Virus record (IMG/VR): IMGVR_UViG_3300005533_000001
Coordinates: 1-35,864 of that record
Origin: a virus
DNA length: 35,864 bases
Direction: 5' to 3' (one strand)
In this document: positions 34,299-35,864 of the stretch, piece after piece
Layout of the letters: each line of letters opens with the position of its first letter
Numbering within the stretch: the first letter of the stretch is position 1
Notes under the pieces: generated by a model
Databases searched by the model: none
What the model was told of the DNA's origin: nothing
What the model saw: only the letters and a program-made list of their open reading frames with translations
Program-made: the position numbers and the translations under genes

Positions 34299-34668
34299 TT
34301 CCGCCTTGGTCTGCGCTGTCTGTGAACAGGAAAGCGCTTGGAACCCGTGGGCCATCCGTTACGAACCAGCGTTTTACGATGAGTATGTTCGCCCGCTCAA
34401 GTTGTCCTCCGACACCGAAGCACACATGCGCTCTGTCAGTTGGGGCTTGATGCAGGTGCTTGGTCAGGTGGCGCGCGAGCGCGGCTATCGCGATGAGTTG
34501 GCCAAGTTGTGTGATCCCGATGTAGGTCTGGCGGTCGGCTGCGATGTGCTGAAGGCCAAACTGGCCGAAGCTGGCGGCAACATCCATGACGGGTTGCAGC
34601 GGTACAATGGCGGCGGAAATCCGCTCTACGCGGAGCAAGTCATGGGCCGCATGGCTAAATTTGCCTGA
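34240..34668 (+). CDS. lytic transglycosylase (SLT domain) endolysin
   Basis: CAVCEQESAWNPWAIRYEP and SWGLMQV are canonical GH23/SLT signatures. GTG start with a GAGGA RBS. Overlaps the upstream gene by 59 nt. Confidence 0.7.
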   Translation: MSNDTLIAAAKLRAKQLALDSALVCAVCEQESAWNPWAIRYEPAFYDEYVRPLKLSSDTEAHMRSVSWGLMQVLGQVARERGYRDELAKLCDPDVGLAVGCDVLKAKLAEAGGNIHDGLQRYNGGGNPLYAEQVMGRMAKFA

Positions 34669-34723
34669 CCCCCTTGTGCTTCCACAGCCAGCCGTGCAAG
34701 AATGCGGTTTAGTCAAGACGACT

Positions 34724-34782
34724 AGCCCGACGCGGGTTCCTCTCTCTCCTTCTCGGAAAACCTCCAAGTCCCGCGTCGGACT
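34724..34782 (+). promoter_or_regulatory. inverted repeat (CCGACGCGGG / CCCGCGTCGG, about 33-nt loop) abutting the promoter
   Basis: Read directly. Located 6 nt upstream of the -35. Confidence 0.4.
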
Positions 34783-34788
34783 TCAAAT

Positions 34789-34817
34789 TTGACAGGTTTC
34801 CAATCTCTCCCTATAAT
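34789..34817 (+). promoter_or_regulatory. sigma70 consensus promoter TTGACA-17-TATAAT
   Basis: TTGACA at 34789-34794, a 17-nt spacer, then TATAAT at 34812-34817. All 12 hexamer positions match consensus. It lies in a 300-nt intergenic gap before the gene at 34970. Confidence 0.6.
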
Positions 34818-34969
34818 TCCTATCAATCGTTGTTGCTTTGCATTGTGCAATTGGGCTGCCGGGTGTTTGACTCCTTTCTACCGGTGGCCCAATTAAATTC
34901 AGGAGATTCAGTAATGACACAATTCAATTCATGGAGGTGCATATGGCAGAACCCTAGGTGAGGTGAATT

Positions 34970-35707
34970 GTGAAACCACATTTCTCGAAACTCCTGACTG
35001 AAAAGGAGCGGCGCGGTTCTCGCAACCGGTCAGCCAAGTACCATCTTTCCATCCACAGCTACGATCCCGACCAAGACTACGACTTTCCATCGCGTGCGCC
35101 CATGTCGCGCAACGGGATGCCCTACGGTTATGACGGCAAGGAATTGTCCGATGTTCTCGGCCCACTCAAGGGCTGGCTCCGCAAGAACATTGGCCGCCCA
35201 TGGAATGCGGTATATAGCGAAGCCTGCCGCAACCTTGACCGGCGCAGCGTAAGCGGCAATCACGTTTTCCAGCACCTAATGGATTACGTGGAGACCAATT
35301 GCTGGATTGGCGCGGAAACCGGCAAGGTCTACAGCAATGGCCGTCGCGGCCCCACAGAAGTCTGGCGCGATTACTACGTCCACCCATGGACTGGCCTGCT
35401 ATGCAAAGCCCCAGACGGCCCATCGTGGCGTCGGCGCTATCCGCGCACCGCGCCAGATGACACCGTGAAAATTTCCGACAATGCCGAATACAAACAGATT
35501 GACGGCATCTGGTACTACACCGAATTCACTTGGGTGAAGCTGTACTACGGCGGCTATCAAGGCAAATGGCGCGTTGATGACACCGGGCGCGTTGTTGGTG
35601 GCTGGAATCGGCGCGGTGAAATGGAGCAAGTCATTCAAAAGAAACGCCAACTCTCCAAAAAAGAATTGCGCGGTCTAAAGCTACGTAATTCGCTCCCCCA
35701 ACTTTGA
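34970..35707 (+). CDS. hypothetical protein (245 aa, Trp/Tyr/Arg-rich)
   Basis: GTG start 6 nt after AGGTGAGGTG. Confidence 0.5.
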   Translation: MKPHFSKLLTEKERRGSRNRSAKYHLSIHSYDPDQDYDFPSRAPMSRNGMPYGYDGKELSDVLGPLKGWLRKNIGRPWNAVYSEACRNLDRRSVSGNHVFQHLMDYVETNCWIGAETGKVYSNGRRGPTEVWRDYYVHPWTGLLCKAPDGPSWRRRYPRTAPDDTVKISDNAEYKQIDGIWYYTEFTWVKLYYGGYQGKWRVDDTGRVVGGWNRRGEMEQVIQKKRQLSKKELRGLKLRNSLPQL

Positions 35708-35736
35708 TAGTTTTGTTCCCGTAGGAGAAAGCCCCA

Positions 35737-35864
35737 TGTGGAACAAAATTACAATCTGGTGGAGCAAACTGCCTCACCCGGTACAGGCGGCCATAACCGC
35801 ATTTGGTTCCGGCGTAGTAGGTGTGGCCAAACCGCTGCTTGAGCAGTGGTCATCCGGCCAAGCG
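35737..35864 (+). CDS. hypothetical protein, 3' truncated by window end (hydrophobic N-terminal region)
   Basis: ATG 35737 lies 8 nt after GGAGAAAG. The ORF is still open at the window edge. Confidence 0.4.

Overview
This 35.9-kb window looks like a bacteriophage or prophage genome segment, dense with small genes, at roughly 55-58% GC. It splits into three transcription blocks. (1) Positions 1-12695 on the + strand form a virion structural module: Ser/Thr/Asn/Gly-rich tail-fibre-like proteins, an 807-aa structural protein, and Gly/Met/Gln-rich low-complexity proteins that resemble podovirus internal or ejection proteins. An Endonuclease-VII-family gene sits inside this module and a divergent lysozyme-like protein ends it. 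(2) Positions 12700-21251 on the - strand form a leftward operon of about 18 genes, many joined by ATGA start/stop overlaps. It is read from a divergent control region (21252-21619) and contains a short tyrosine-recombinase-like gene plus several Cys-rich zinc-ribbon proteins. (3) Positions 21620-35864 on the + strand form a rightward block. It starts with a short operon of small membrane peptides that ends in a strong terminator (23363-23393). A repeat-dense noncoding island of about 1.1 kb (23394-24496) follows. After that comes a long run of small genes, described next. That run contains two paralogous genes, an RHH regulator, a secreted FN3-domain protein, an HNH endonuclease and a metallophosphoesterase. 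It continues with an NTP-pyrophosphohydrolase-like protein, an HD-domain YfbR-like phosphohydrolase and an SLT-type endolysin. It ends with a consensus sigma70 promoter and two further genes. No terminase, portal, major capsid, DNA polymerase or helicase can be recognised here, so these probably lie outside the window. No rRNA, tRNA or CRISPR array was seen. Functional calls rest on motifs read by eye from the translations. Nothing was searched against a database.
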